Below are positions 45,611 to 53,997 of a DNA stretch of 64,000 nucleotides, in pieces. The notes below the pieces were generated by a model. The model worked only from the letters and a program-made list of their open reading frames with translations. It ran no database searches and was not told where the DNA came from. Position 1 is the first letter of the stretch, and each line of letters begins with the position of its first letter. Origin of the DNA: a virus (taxonomy: Duplodnaviria; Caudoviricetes); the IMG/VR virus record IMGVR_UViG_3300032236_000300, positions 1,214 to 65,213 of that record, one strand, 5' to 3'. The position numbers and the translations under genes are program-made.

Positions 45611-45947
45611 TTAGTTTGTCTTTTAGTACGTAGATTTGGGTATAAGAAGAAATATCTGACTCTGAAAGCAACAAGCCTCGCGCATGTGTTTCTTGTGCTA
45701 CTCGCATGTCGTCGCCAGTTTCATCCATCCCCCACTTCTTTCTAAGCGAATGAAACGTGATTGGTTGATCGCCATATAACAAAAGCCATGCGGCTTTAAG
45801 CTGATCGTTTGTCATGTCACGAGCAAAGTGTCCTACCACTGTAGTCTTTATGTCTTCAAACCGCATCGTATAGTCCATAGACCTAGGGTCAGACCAACCA
45901 AACTCATACCGCCCTGTTGCCTTGTATTTCATTGTCGCCGTACTCAT
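45597..45947 (-). CDS. Hypothetical protein carrying a capsid C-terminal-like peptide
   Basis: MSTATMKYKATGRYEFGWSDP...; shares a C-terminal domain with 45944..46351. Confidence 0.65.
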   Translation of the reverse strand: MSTATMKYKATGRYEFGWSDPRSMDYTMRFEDIKTTVVGHFARDMTNDQLKAAWLLLYGDQPITFHSLRKKWGMDETGDDMRVAQETHARGLLLSESDISSYTQIYVLKDKLNASS

Positions 45948-46351
45948 GTCTTGATCCTGCCTATTGGTACCCACTGATCGGTTAAGTTGTGGGTTTCTAT
46001 TTCACCAAATGCAATCAAACGATGCGCCACAACATTTAGATAGTCGTCGTCCATCGGCTTTTCCATAGACACCCAACGTGTTCCATACGCAAGTATCCAA
46101 GCGGCACGAAGTTGTTCCACGGTTAACTCAAATGCAGGGTGCTCTTCCAAGTCAATCTTTCTAAGGCGAGCCTGTGGTGGGTATGTGGTTTGTTTTAGGG
46201 TGTGGTTTTTTAACATGTTGGCTACGGTGGCGCTGTTACCGAGGTGAGTTATGTATGGGCCAGCAGTGATAGTGGCGCTACCATTACCACCATTACTAAC
46301 CTCTAACATCGAAGACCCATAAAACATCGCATCAACAGATGCTTTTTCCAA
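45944..46351 (-). CDS. Hypothetical protein, paralog of 45597..45947
   Basis: TVEQLRAAWILAYG versus TNDQLKAAWLLLYG. Start uncertain; TTG 46351 chosen to avoid overlap with the HNH gene. Confidence 0.55.
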   Translation of the reverse strand: MEKASVDAMFYGSSMLEVSNGGNGSATITAGPYITHLGNSATVANMLKNHTLKQTTYPPQARLRKIDLEEHPAFELTVEQLRAAWILAYGTRWVSMEKPMDDDYLNVVAHRLIAFGEIETHNLTDQWVPIGRIKT

Positions 46352-46355
46352 TGAC

Positions 46356-46622
46356 TCACTTAACCCCGTGGTCGGATCGGCGAGCATATGATCTATTACT
46401 GCTTGCGCTTGTGACGCGCAGGTTTGATCTTGTGGTTTTTCCGCCTTTACTAAGAGGCTTTTTATGATCGACATCTTTTCCATCTCCCTTGTGAACTAGT
46501 CCTGCTTTTTCCATAATCGCCCGCGCTTTGTTGCGCTCGGCTCTTTTCTTCTTAACGGCGGGCGTGCCGTCGTATGTTTCGTATTCGTGCTTGTATGGTC
46601 TAGGTTTATTGACGTATGGCAT
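46356..46622 (-). CDS. HNH endonuclease
   Basis: DVDHKKPLSKGG....NLRV.....N. Confidence 0.75.
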   Translation of the reverse strand: MPYVNKPRPYKHEYETYDGTPAVKKKRAERNKARAIMEKAGLVHKGDGKDVDHKKPLSKGGKTTRSNLRVTSASSNRSYARRSDHGVK

Positions 46623-46631
46623 GGTGGCTCC

Positions 46632-46883
46632 TTAGTAGTTTGCGGTATTGCCTTTGTAGACGATACGGTAGTTTTGGATTTCACGGTCAATGATTTCGCG
46701 TGAGTTGTTGCGAGTGACATCTACCGCAATATTTCTAATGTGTGTCGCAAGTGAACCCCAAGGGTTTCTTGCAATTTCTTCCATCACCGTATCGACAATC
46801 AATTTCTTCACGTCGTCTTGCAACTTCATGTAAGCGGCGGCGGCATTGTTTGGGTCGGCTAAGTCTTCTGCGGTTTCTATCAT
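46632..46883 (-). CDS. Hypothetical protein
   Basis: RBS GGAGG. Confidence 0.55.
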   Translation of the reverse strand: MIETAEDLADPNNAAAAYMKLQDDVKKLIVDTVMEEIARNPWGSLATHIRNIAVDVTRNNSREIIDREIQNYRIVYKGNTANY

Positions 46884-46892
46884 ATTTCCTCC

Positions 46893-47558
46893 TTAAGTTT
46901 TCTTACTGTTGTGCTCACAGTCGGTTACAGGGCACCAACCACGGCAGGTGAAGTTTGGTCTAGGGTTCCAAACATCCGTAATCATCGCACTCTCTAGCTG
47001 ATTTGTCTCGGGTATCCATTTGCCCCAAGCCTCAGTCTGTTGGTCTGCAGTGAATTCGGCAGGAACTAAATCTTTGACTACCAAAAACATCAGGCCAGCC
47101 TTGATGGATTTGATTTGCGGGAAGTGTTTGAAAGTCAAAAGGGACAGCAATTCTAGTTGCTTCTTGTCCGCATACCGACTGGACTTGCTAGTTTTGTAAT
47201 CAACAATTCGTGCCTTCTCGCCATCAATAACAAGCAGGTCGGCGATACCACGAAACCAAACATTCTTGTCTCTAAATCCGCAGGGCTTCATGTCCTTGGT
47301 TAAGCCCATCTCGTACTCGCACAACTTCTCGCCCGACAAGGCTTTCAGTGGGTCTAAGAACGGCTGGATGTAAGCGTACTTTTCTGGTATCGGAGTACCA
47401 TCACGGATGTATTCTTCTGCTGCCTTATGAACCGCACTGCCGTAGAGCAAGTGTTCCTGTGGTGGCTCGACGATATCTTTGACGATACGCATCCTGTGGT
47501 ACTTGCGTGGGCATTGTTGGAACAGCGAAATACTGCTGTAAGACCATGTGTAATTCAT
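46893..47558 (-). CDS. PD-(D/E)XK exonuclease (Cas4/RecB-like)
   Basis: SYSS...F.QCP, GSAVH, GIADL, DYKT, QL and C..CP..DC. Confidence 0.85.
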   Translation of the reverse strand: MNYTWSYSSISLFQQCPRKYHRMRIVKDIVEPPQEHLLYGSAVHKAAEEYIRDGTPIPEKYAYIQPFLDPLKALSGEKLCEYEMGLTKDMKPCGFRDKNVWFRGIADLLVIDGEKARIVDYKTSKSSRYADKKQLELLSLLTFKHFPQIKSIKAGLMFLVVKDLVPAEFTADQQTEAWGKWIPETNQLESAMITDVWNPRPNFTCRGWCPVTDCEHNSKKT

Positions 47559-47765
47559 TTATTTTCTACCTAATGCTTTTGCAAAGTGGTCGTCGTAGCG
47601 TCTACGCATCTCATCAAGCGTAGCGGCGGCACCTGCGTTTTCTTGTTTGACTTTCTCTTCTACCAGTTTGGCAAAGGCTTCAACGTCAGTAACGCCACCA
47701 GTCACAATGCCGTCGGCAATAGAAAAGCCAGCCTGTCTAGCCATCTCAATGATTTCATCTTTCAT
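47559..47765 (-). CDS. Hypothetical protein
   Basis: DEIIEMARQAG...EAFAKLV small phage-protein pattern. Confidence 0.55.
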   Translation of the reverse strand: MKDEIIEMARQAGFSIADGIVTGGVTDVEAFAKLVEEKVKQENAGAAATLDEMRRRYDDHFAKALGRK

Positions 47766-49624
47766 ACCAAACTCCATTTCTCAATAGACATCTTCTTACC
47801 GCAGTCGGCGTAACTTTTACCTGCGCCAATCTCACATGCCAAAGGCAAAGTCTCAGCCCACTTGGGGCGCCAACGCATACATTCGTTTACATATTTGATA
47901 GCTTCATCGCGCTCTGATTCGGGAACTACACACGCCACGGCATCATGCACAGTTAAAACTGGCTTGTAGCGTTTCGCTATCCGTAGCATCTGCTCAGCAA
48001 TCACACAGCGTGCGAGTGCTTGGCACAAATTCTCGACTACCTTACCGCCGTAGATTCTGACCACACCCTTGCGTGTATCGTAGACATACTGGATTCGACC
48101 ATGAACATCAACCTCGCCATTAGCACGCAGGCTCATATACTTGAGAGGCAAACCGCTAGGAAGATCGTAGCCAATTCCGGGGAGTACGCTTACTGCCTGT
48201 ACTTGTTTACCAAACGTAGTAGTGACAAGCTTCTCGCTTGACAAGGCTTCCAAAGTTCTTTGTCCTTCATCCCACAACGCGGGGATATGCGGGAACTCTT
48301 GGCGGTAAACCTTCAAGATGTGTTGGCACATAGGGTCTTCTAAATTAACCCCAAAGTTTCTTAGTTGCAACTGGAACTTGCGCCAACCCATGCCGTAACC
48401 CGCACCAAGAATCGTGGTCTTACCTACGAAACGCTCGGACTCATTGATATCTTCAACTGGCTTGCCATATATCTTTGCCGCCATGATTTTGTACACATCT
48501 CGGCCTTCTGCAAACGCAGTTACCAAATCGTTCTGCCCCGATAGCCATGCAACGATACGCGCTTCGATCTGTGAAGAGTCGGCATCAATCATGACGTAAC
48601 CATCAGGCACAACGATCGCTGATTTAAGTGGTGACTTGCGTGGCAAGTTCTGTAGGTTTAGCTTGTCGTCCCCACCCCAACGCCCTGTGTGCGCGGCATA
48701 GTATCTGAGGGGGACTGGGAGGCTACCACGCTTCGCTATGGAGATAAACCTTTGCGTGCGTGTCTCTTCTAGTGTGGACTTTGTCCCAAGGCGTGCGGCA
48801 ACAAGTGCTTGCACTCGCTCGTCCCAGTGGTCTGCCAGTGCTTTAAATCCTTCGTCGCTCTTAGCCAAAGCAAGCGCTTGCTTGCCTGTTGTGGGGCTAA
48901 CCTTCATGGGTGGTGGCACACCATACTCAATCAATCGCTCGGCAAACTTCTGATTGGACATGAGCACCTCTCTGTCGGCGCACGCCTCGGCGATCAAGGC
49001 TTCCTTCTTCTCCTGTACCTGCACAAGATGTTGCTCAAGTATCGGCAGGTCTAGACGTAGCGTCGGCTCTGTGAACATACGCAGAGTCATGTCAACTAGC
49101 CGTAGCTCTGGCTTCTTGAAGTTTGCTTGCAGAATATTGAATAGGTCGTACGTCAGCTTGACGTCGTTCTTGCAGTACTCGCCGTACTGCGCCAAATCCT
49201 GCGCAGAAAAATCCATCCTGCGTTTGCCCATAGCCGCGACTACCTCAGTACCCTTCACCCCCAAGCCATAACGCTCGGCGGCTTTTGCTAGGCTGTTGCC
49301 AACCTCTGTGCCGTCAATAGCACGTAGCATTGCTAGAGTATCGAGAAGTACTTTTGGCCTAATACCAAACCGCCAAGAAAGGATAGCACCATCAAACATG
49401 CAATTATGAGCAAGCAGAAAAGAACTATCCCAGTCAAAGTTAGATAGAAACTCACTGGTGTCGGCGTGATTTCCTGTGAACCATTGTGTTGTGTCGTCAT
49501 TTACTTTTACTCCTACACCGATGACCTCAAAGCGGTCGTCGCGAATGTACTCTTCAGTTGTTAATTTGGATAGAGAGAAGTCTTTGTCGTAGAACGTCTC
49601 GAAGTCAAGGGTGATTAGGTTCAT
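47762..49624 (-). CDS. polA: DNA polymerase, family A, with 3'-5' exonuclease
   Basis: DFET, AHN..FD, YC..D; HTGRW, NLQNLP, DSSQIEAR, GKTTILGAGYG and TVHD. Confidence 0.92.
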   Translation of the reverse strand: MNLITLDFETFYDKDFSLSKLTTEEYIRDDRFEVIGVGVKVNDDTTQWFTGNHADTSEFLSNFDWDSSFLLAHNCMFDGAILSWRFGIRPKVLLDTLAMLRAIDGTEVGNSLAKAAERYGLGVKGTEVVAAMGKRRMDFSAQDLAQYGEYCKNDVKLTYDLFNILQANFKKPELRLVDMTLRMFTEPTLRLDLPILEQHLVQVQEKKEALIAEACADREVLMSNQKFAERLIEYGVPPPMKVSPTTGKQALALAKSDEGFKALADHWDERVQALVAARLGTKSTLEETRTQRFISIAKRGSLPVPLRYYAAHTGRWGGDDKLNLQNLPRKSPLKSAIVVPDGYVMIDADSSQIEARIVAWLSGQNDLVTAFAEGRDVYKIMAAKIYGKPVEDINESERFVGKTTILGAGYGMGWRKFQLQLRNFGVNLEDPMCQHILKVYRQEFPHIPALWDEGQRTLEALSSEKLVTTTFGKQVQAVSVLPGIGYDLPSGLPLKYMSLRANGEVDVHGRIQYVYDTRKGVVRIYGGKVVENLCQALARCVIAEQMLRIAKRYKPVLTVHDAVACVVPESERDEAIKYVNECMRWRPKWAETLPLACEIGAGKSYADCGKKMSIEKWSLV

Positions 49625-50076
49625 TGTTTAAGTTGTGCCCACGGATCAGGCAAGGTGCTTTGTTGTGGTGGGATAAATTGCGACTGTTGCATTAACCTGC
49701 TTTGCGCGTATGATTTTTTCAGTTCCTCTTCAAGTACCGACAGTGCTTGGTCTGCCACTGCTTTTGTTGTTAACAGCGTTTTCGGCCTTCCCTCTTTCTC
49801 TTCCCTGTAGTCCCACCTTGTTTTAGCGGGAGACATAGCACGCTCAAGAATCTCTTGGTAGGCTATTGCTTTCCTAAACTTTTTAAGATGCGCCCTGTAC
49901 TCGGTACTGATACAGTACTTTTCTATAGAAGTGAAGCGGTCAAACCCGTCCCCCTTTACAAGTGAATCCCACTTGCTATCGTCAATAACAAACTCTTCCG
50001 CAAAATGATTGTCCATGCGTTCAAGCAAGAGTTTTACCTCGTCAGCGCAAAAGCGCCGTAGTAGTTTTATTTTCAT
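49621..50076 (-). CDS. Hypothetical protein with a coat-protein-like peptide
   Basis: Coupled ORF; contains TLLTTKAVADQALSVLEEEL. Confidence 0.6.
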   Translation of the reverse strand: MKIKLLRRFCADEVKLLLERMDNHFAEEFVIDDSKWDSLVKGDGFDRFTSIEKYCISTEYRAHLKKFRKAIAYQEILERAMSPAKTRWDYREEKEGRPKTLLTTKAVADQALSVLEEELKKSYAQSRLMQQSQFIPPQQSTLPDPWAQLKQ

Positions 50077-50228
50077 TCTTTACCCCTCCATATGAGAAAT
50101 GCACGCTTGATTGCGTACCATAGGCTTTGACGCATCAGTTGCTTCTTCAACTGCTCGTTCTCCAATAGCAACTCGCTGTTGTGCATGGACATCATGTTCC
50201 ATGCTTTCTGTATATCTTCTTGAGTCAT
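50073..50228 (-). CDS. Small hypothetical protein (absent from the ORF track)
   Basis: MTQEDIQKAWNMM...; ATGA overlaps on both sides. Confidence 0.6.
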   Translation of the reverse strand: MTQEDIQKAWNMMSMHNSELLLENEQLKKQLMRQSLWYAIKRAFLIWRGKE

Positions 50229-50470
50229 CCTATCTTCCCCGCTTTTAATATGCCAAACTCAGAACGCTTCCAAAGAAATGAAATGGTTGGCACAGCACCA
50301 GCACTAAACAAGTCTGATGCTGTAAAAGTAGCATTAGTATGTCTTGGGTACCCCGGGCCAACGTATCTCTTAGTGTCTCGGTAGTGTGGTACATAAGTTA
50401 TGTCATTCAGTTTAAATGAGGTGTACCTGTACAGTTCAGCTTTGTCTTCGTCTTTTGCTTTTGTAGTCAT
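50225..50470 (-). CDS. Hypothetical protein
   Basis: YVPHY...YVGPG; coupled ORF. Confidence 0.6.
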   Translation of the reverse strand: MTTKAKDEDKAELYRYTSFKLNDITYVPHYRDTKRYVGPGYPRHTNATFTASDLFSAGAVPTISFLWKRSEFGILKAGKIG

Positions 50471-51009
50471 TTAGTCACCTCGGTCTTTGTTGAGAACTTA
50501 GCGATCTCGCGGTTCAAATACCAACGTGCTTTGAGCAGGTCTTCATAATGGCTTCCCTTGTGGTCAGCGCGGCTGATGTACTTGACTACGTTTCCTAAGT
50601 TGTAGCCAAACCCTTTAGCCTCGATGAAGTCGATAGTCTCGATACCGCCCATCTTGTAGTGCGGTGGGTGATTAACCATGTCGGTGTGATGCGTAGCGAT
50701 TATGTCTGCACGTGCTTGCTTTGCTATGGCTATCGCGTCATCAAGATTTATATCTTCTTGCGCTTCCATCTTGGCTAAACCTTCTCGTACATCTGCGATT
50801 CGTTTCTTAATCGACTTGCTCTTCTTCTGTGCCGGTGGTGCGCTAACCACACCATTCTTCTTATCCATGTACCGAATGTTGTGCACGTATTGCACCGTCG
50901 CACCAGTAGCGTCGGCTACGACTTGTGCTTTTGCCAGTGGGTGCTTTGCTAAATACTTACGCACTTTTGTGCTCATTGCTGATGATCTTTTTGCCATAGT
51001 TTTCTCCAT
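50467..51009 (-). CDS. DUF3310 (SaV / T7 gp1.7-like) domain protein
   Basis: DMVNHPPHY..GGIETIDFI...GNVVKYISRA..KG...EDL.KA.WYL. Confidence 0.8.
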   Translation of the reverse strand: MEKTMAKRSSAMSTKVRKYLAKHPLAKAQVVADATGATVQYVHNIRYMDKKNGVVSAPPAQKKSKSIKKRIADVREGLAKMEAQEDINLDDAIAIAKQARADIIATHHTDMVNHPPHYKMGGIETIDFIEAKGFGYNLGNVVKYISRADHKGSHYEDLLKARWYLNREIAKFSTKTEVTK

Positions 51010-51359
51010 TAAGATTTAAGTTTGAGACCGCGCCTATCTAGCGCAGTGAATAGTTGCTTTGCTGACATTGCGCCCATGTTGGGCACTCGGTTTAACCAAA
51101 AATACGCTCTTGTGTTTAGTAAGTCCTCCATAGTTAAGATGTGTTGTGCTCTGACTGCATTCGCTACTCTTGTTGGTAGTTCTAAATATAAAACTGGATC
51201 TTCTTTCAACCACGCACTTGGTGCGGGTTTGACTTTTACTTCAAGCATGTCGTCTGCTTGTGCGTAAGCTTTCTCTGATATGTGCTCTGTGTCTCCTCGT
51301 ATCAACATTGCTTGCATTGCGGCAATAGCAATCTGATCCCTCAACAGTACGTCTATCAT
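51009..51359 (-). CDS. RNA polymerase alpha-CTD-like domain protein
   Basis: LELPTRVANAVRAQHILTMEDLL.......RVPNMGAMSAKQL matches the alpha-CTD pattern. Confidence 0.65.
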   Translation of the reverse strand: MIDVLLRDQIAIAAMQAMLIRGDTEHISEKAYAQADDMLEVKVKPAPSAWLKEDPVLYLELPTRVANAVRAQHILTMEDLLNTRAYFWLNRVPNMGAMSAKQLFTALDRRGLKLKS

Positions 51360-51562
51360 GCGTTCTTCTCCATATATTTAATTCGCGCTTCCAACTCTCG
51401 TATCTGCGCTCTAGCCACGGCTAGTTCTTCCATGAGGTTTAGGTAGTCGGGCATGGCTACAGAATCGCTTACTTGTTTTTTACGGTTCAAAGACTTTATG
51501 TGTTCTTGCTTGATGCGAGACTCCATCTCGACTCGGTTGAACTCTTCATCTTCGGGCGTCAT
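51356..51562 (-). CDS. Hypothetical protein
   Basis: MTPEDEEFNRVE; coupled ORF. Confidence 0.55.
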   Translation of the reverse strand: MTPEDEEFNRVEMESRIKQEHIKSLNRKKQVSDSVAMPDYLNLMEELAVARAQIRELEARIKYMEKNA

Positions 51563-51729
51563 TCTTGTCCCCCATCTTGTTCCATGTCTTTGAGCATCTG
51601 ATTTAACGCCATCATCTGTTTGCTTTTTTGCATGCTTTGGGCGTGGAGCATGTTCATCGCTTCTCTCAAGGCTTGAGTTGCCCCGTAGAGTTCAATGATT
51701 TCTTCTTTAATTTCTTGTTTGGTTTTCAT
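51559..51729 (-). CDS. Small hypothetical protein (absent from the ORF track)
   Basis: MKTKQEIKEEIIELYGA...; ATGA overlaps. Confidence 0.55.
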   Translation of the reverse strand: MKTKQEIKEEIIELYGATQALREAMNMLHAQSMQKSKQMMALNQMLKDMEQDGGQE

Positions 51730-51938
51730 TCTCCATCTCCAATGTCTTTAAGTTTCTCTTGCAGTCTACGGATGCGCTGACGGTTGTACTCAACTACGCT
51801 AGTAGCGTACTCAAGTGACTTCTCCGCTTGCATCTTCGATAGGGTTGCATCACGCATCTCTATCTCGATAATCTCGCGCAAAGTTCTTGGGCGCAACATA
51901 TCTCTAATGAAGGCTACTAGTGTTTCTCGTTTAGTCAT
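51726..51938 (-). CDS. Hypothetical protein
   Basis: EYA.SVV.YN..RI.RL; coupled ORF. Confidence 0.6.
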   Translation of the reverse strand: MTKRETLVAFIRDMLRPRTLREIIEIEMRDATLSKMQAEKSLEYATSVVEYNRQRIRRLQEKLKDIGDGE

Positions 51939-52252
51939 GTGTTTTTACTCCTTAATGCTTCTTCAATCGCCTTGGCAAACTCAAATCTATCTCCGTACGG
52001 CATTGTGTTGCTAATCGCAAACACCTCATCCTCCGTCAACCCAACCCAAGGCTTCTTGTAGTCTTGGATGTCATCATCTTCTTCTACTCTGCGGTGTGGC
52101 ACTGATATGCCGATTGGTCTATTCATGTGTCCCTCCCAATTAAGTGTGTCTGTGTTTAGCCTTATCTGAATCCCACGGGCAGTACATTCCGCATAGAATG
52201 CTTGATCTTTTATGTAGCGTTCTTTTACTTCGTCACTCCATTGCGAGTTCAT
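51935..52252 (-). CDS. Hypothetical protein
   Basis: WVGLTEDEV...FAKAIEEALRSKN common phage module. Confidence 0.6.
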   Translation of the reverse strand: MNSQWSDEVKERYIKDQAFYAECTARGIQIRLNTDTLNWEGHMNRPIGISVPHRRVEEDDDIQDYKKPWVGLTEDEVFAISNTMPYGDRFEFAKAIEEALRSKNT

Positions 52253-52262
52253 TTCTTCCCCT

Positions 52263-52427
52263 TCATAGCAGTGCCTCGGGTAATTTATTGCGTTGCTGTT
52301 GTTGGTACTGCTCTTCTTGTTTCTTAGTCCAAACTTTTAGCGGGTGTGTGGGGAAAGGCCAATCGAAAACTGGCGTACCACGACTGTTAGCGGCACCTTC
52401 GTAGGGAACGGTCATTGTGGGAGTCAC
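52263..52427 (-). CDS. Small hypothetical protein
   Basis: WPFP motif and PEALL end; start uncertain. Confidence 0.45.
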   Translation of the reverse strand: MTPTMTVPYEGAANSRGTPVFDWPFPTHPLKVWTKKQEEQYQQQQRNKLPEALL

Positions 52428-52720
52428 AAGGACAACTCGTTCATCAACTCGTACAACTGATCGACGTTTTCTTCGTTCACTAGCCATGCATGCCCTCCAG
52501 CATTTCTAATTTTGCTAATCTCTCGTTCTTGTAACGCAGTAGGAATGTTCCTACCCGCTTTGCATTCGACCGCAAAGAATACTCCATTAAAGCAACCTAC
52601 GATATCAGGGATTCCACTACGCCCATACCCACCAGTAGCAGGCATGAAATAGTATGCACCTAACTTGTCGAGTATCTCTTTTGCTCTACTCTTAACTTTA
52701 GCCTCGGGTGTCATAGCCAT
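52424..52720 (-). CDS. VRR-NUC / Holliday-junction resolvase-like nuclease
   Basis: TPEAKVK...GIPDI...FFAVECKA...TALQ. Confidence 0.85.
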   Translation of the reverse strand: MAMTPEAKVKSRAKEILDKLGAYYFMPATGGYGRSGIPDIVGCFNGVFFAVECKAGRNIPTALQEREISKIRNAGGHAWLVNEENVDQLYELMNELSL

Positions 52721-52763
52721 GTACTCTCTCCTAATAATTTATTGTTGACACAGTATAGCACAT

Positions 52764-52828
52764 AAAAAAGCCCGACACAATAGGTCGGGCGAAAAAAAGG
52801 ACATACTTCCAAATTGAAAGTATGTCCC
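52764..52828 (-). terminator. Two tandem terminators, followed by an extended -10 (TGcTATACT, 52752-60)
   Basis: Hairpins GGACATACTT/AAGTATGTCC and GCCCGAC/GTCGGGC, each followed by a U-tract on the minus strand. Confidence 0.65.
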
Positions 52829-52850
52829 TAGTAGTTAAGGTTTAACTATA

Positions 52851-53744
52851 TTAGCAAGTAGTTTGTATTGCACCTGCCGTCATGTAGATGTGCGGTATCT
52901 TCTCATCTTCTATCTTTACGCCCATACCCTCGATCGCTTGGTTGTTCTCCATGATCTTGAGGATCGCCAACTTCTCTTGGTACTCTACAGGCAAATCGTA
53001 AGTATTAGATGTCACCATCACCACCTCTGCGATTGTCAAGTCCACCACCGTCATAACCCCACTAGGTAGAAGTTTAACTAGTAGACCAGTTCGGTTCTCC
53101 CACGCTCTGAACACACTATCGACGATTCTGTATGTCGCTAGATGATCCCGCCATTTAACATCAAGCATCATGTTAGGCGGTAGTGGTTGCGGTCCGTTGT
53201 CTTGCACATCTGCCATGTACGATAGTACGGAAGCCGCAAGTACAGTTACATTCACACACGCTGTCAGTTGACTGTTTGCATTCTGTCGTAGGCTATGGAT
53301 ACGATAACTCGCGTCGGTAATCATGGTCTTGGCTACCTCGTCAGGCGGGAATTCCTTGAACGCATCTAGTGCAGTCTTCAATGCAATCTTGTAATGCTTA
53401 GTCCGTTTTCGGTTTCGCATACCGCGTTGCTGTTGAATCCTAGGCGAGTCGAGTTGATAGATGTTGATGTATTTGCCGTCTACATAGTCTTGTGTAATTC
53501 CGATCTTGCCGATCTTCTCTTCGTTGTTATACACAACTACCTCGCTCACTACACGGGCGTCACTCCTACTACTACCATCGCTATTACGATGGAAAGATAC
53601 TCCGTGCGATTCGTATGCAATCTTTGGTAACTTGATAGAGAGATCACACAAAAGAATATGCAAGTCAGGGTGAATGCCATACTCCTCCCGCCCTTTCGGG
53701 TCGTACTTGTATGGTAGGGCTGTGAAGTCAATAGGTTCGCTCAT
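52851..53744 (-). CDS. Hypothetical early protein
   Basis: 297-aa ORF with RBS AAGGA. Confidence 0.65.
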   Translation of the reverse strand: MSEPIDFTALPYKYDPKGREEYGIHPDLHILLCDLSIKLPKIAYESHGVSFHRNSDGSSRSDARVVSEVVVYNNEEKIGKIGITQDYVDGKYINIYQLDSPRIQQQRGMRNRKRTKHYKIALKTALDAFKEFPPDEVAKTMITDASYRIHSLRQNANSQLTACVNVTVLAASVLSYMADVQDNGPQPLPPNMMLDVKWRDHLATYRIVDSVFRAWENRTGLLVKLLPSGVMTVVDLTIAEVVMVTSNTYDLPVEYQEKLAILKIMENNQAIEGMGVKIEDEKIPHIYMTAGAIQTTC

Positions 53745-53753
53745 AAATTCCTT

Positions 53754-53987
53754 TCAGTTAAGTGTCTCGTTGTTGCTTTCGCCTGCAATGTGTAGGTCGT
53801 ATGTCGTAGTTACGGCTTCGACTAACTCTTGTCTCGATAAACAAGTAATGATCGCTGATCGCGCTAATATGTTTAGCATGATGTTGAGTACCTCGTCAGG
53901 CTGAAGTTCTGCTTGACGCATAAGATTAACTACATCTGTTGCTACCTTGTGAAGTTTGTCACTTGGTTTTGCTTTCTCTATTCTCAT
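53754..53987 (-). CDS. Hypothetical protein
   Basis: RBS AAGGAG before ATG 53987. Confidence 0.55.
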   Translation of the reverse strand: MRIEKAKPSDKLHKVATDVVNLMRQAELQPDEVLNIMLNILARSAIITCLSRQELVEAVTTTYDLHIAGESNNETLN

Positions 53988-53997
53988 GTTTATCTCC

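Noticed and set aside
46893-47558. Cas4-like nuclease as evidence of CRISPR-Cas
   Set aside because: Stand-alone PD-(D/E)XK nucleases are routine in phage replication modules.
47559-47640. LDEMRRRYDDHFAKAL as another capsid mimic (versus LSARYTKGLARAM)
   Set aside because: Similarity is too weak to support.
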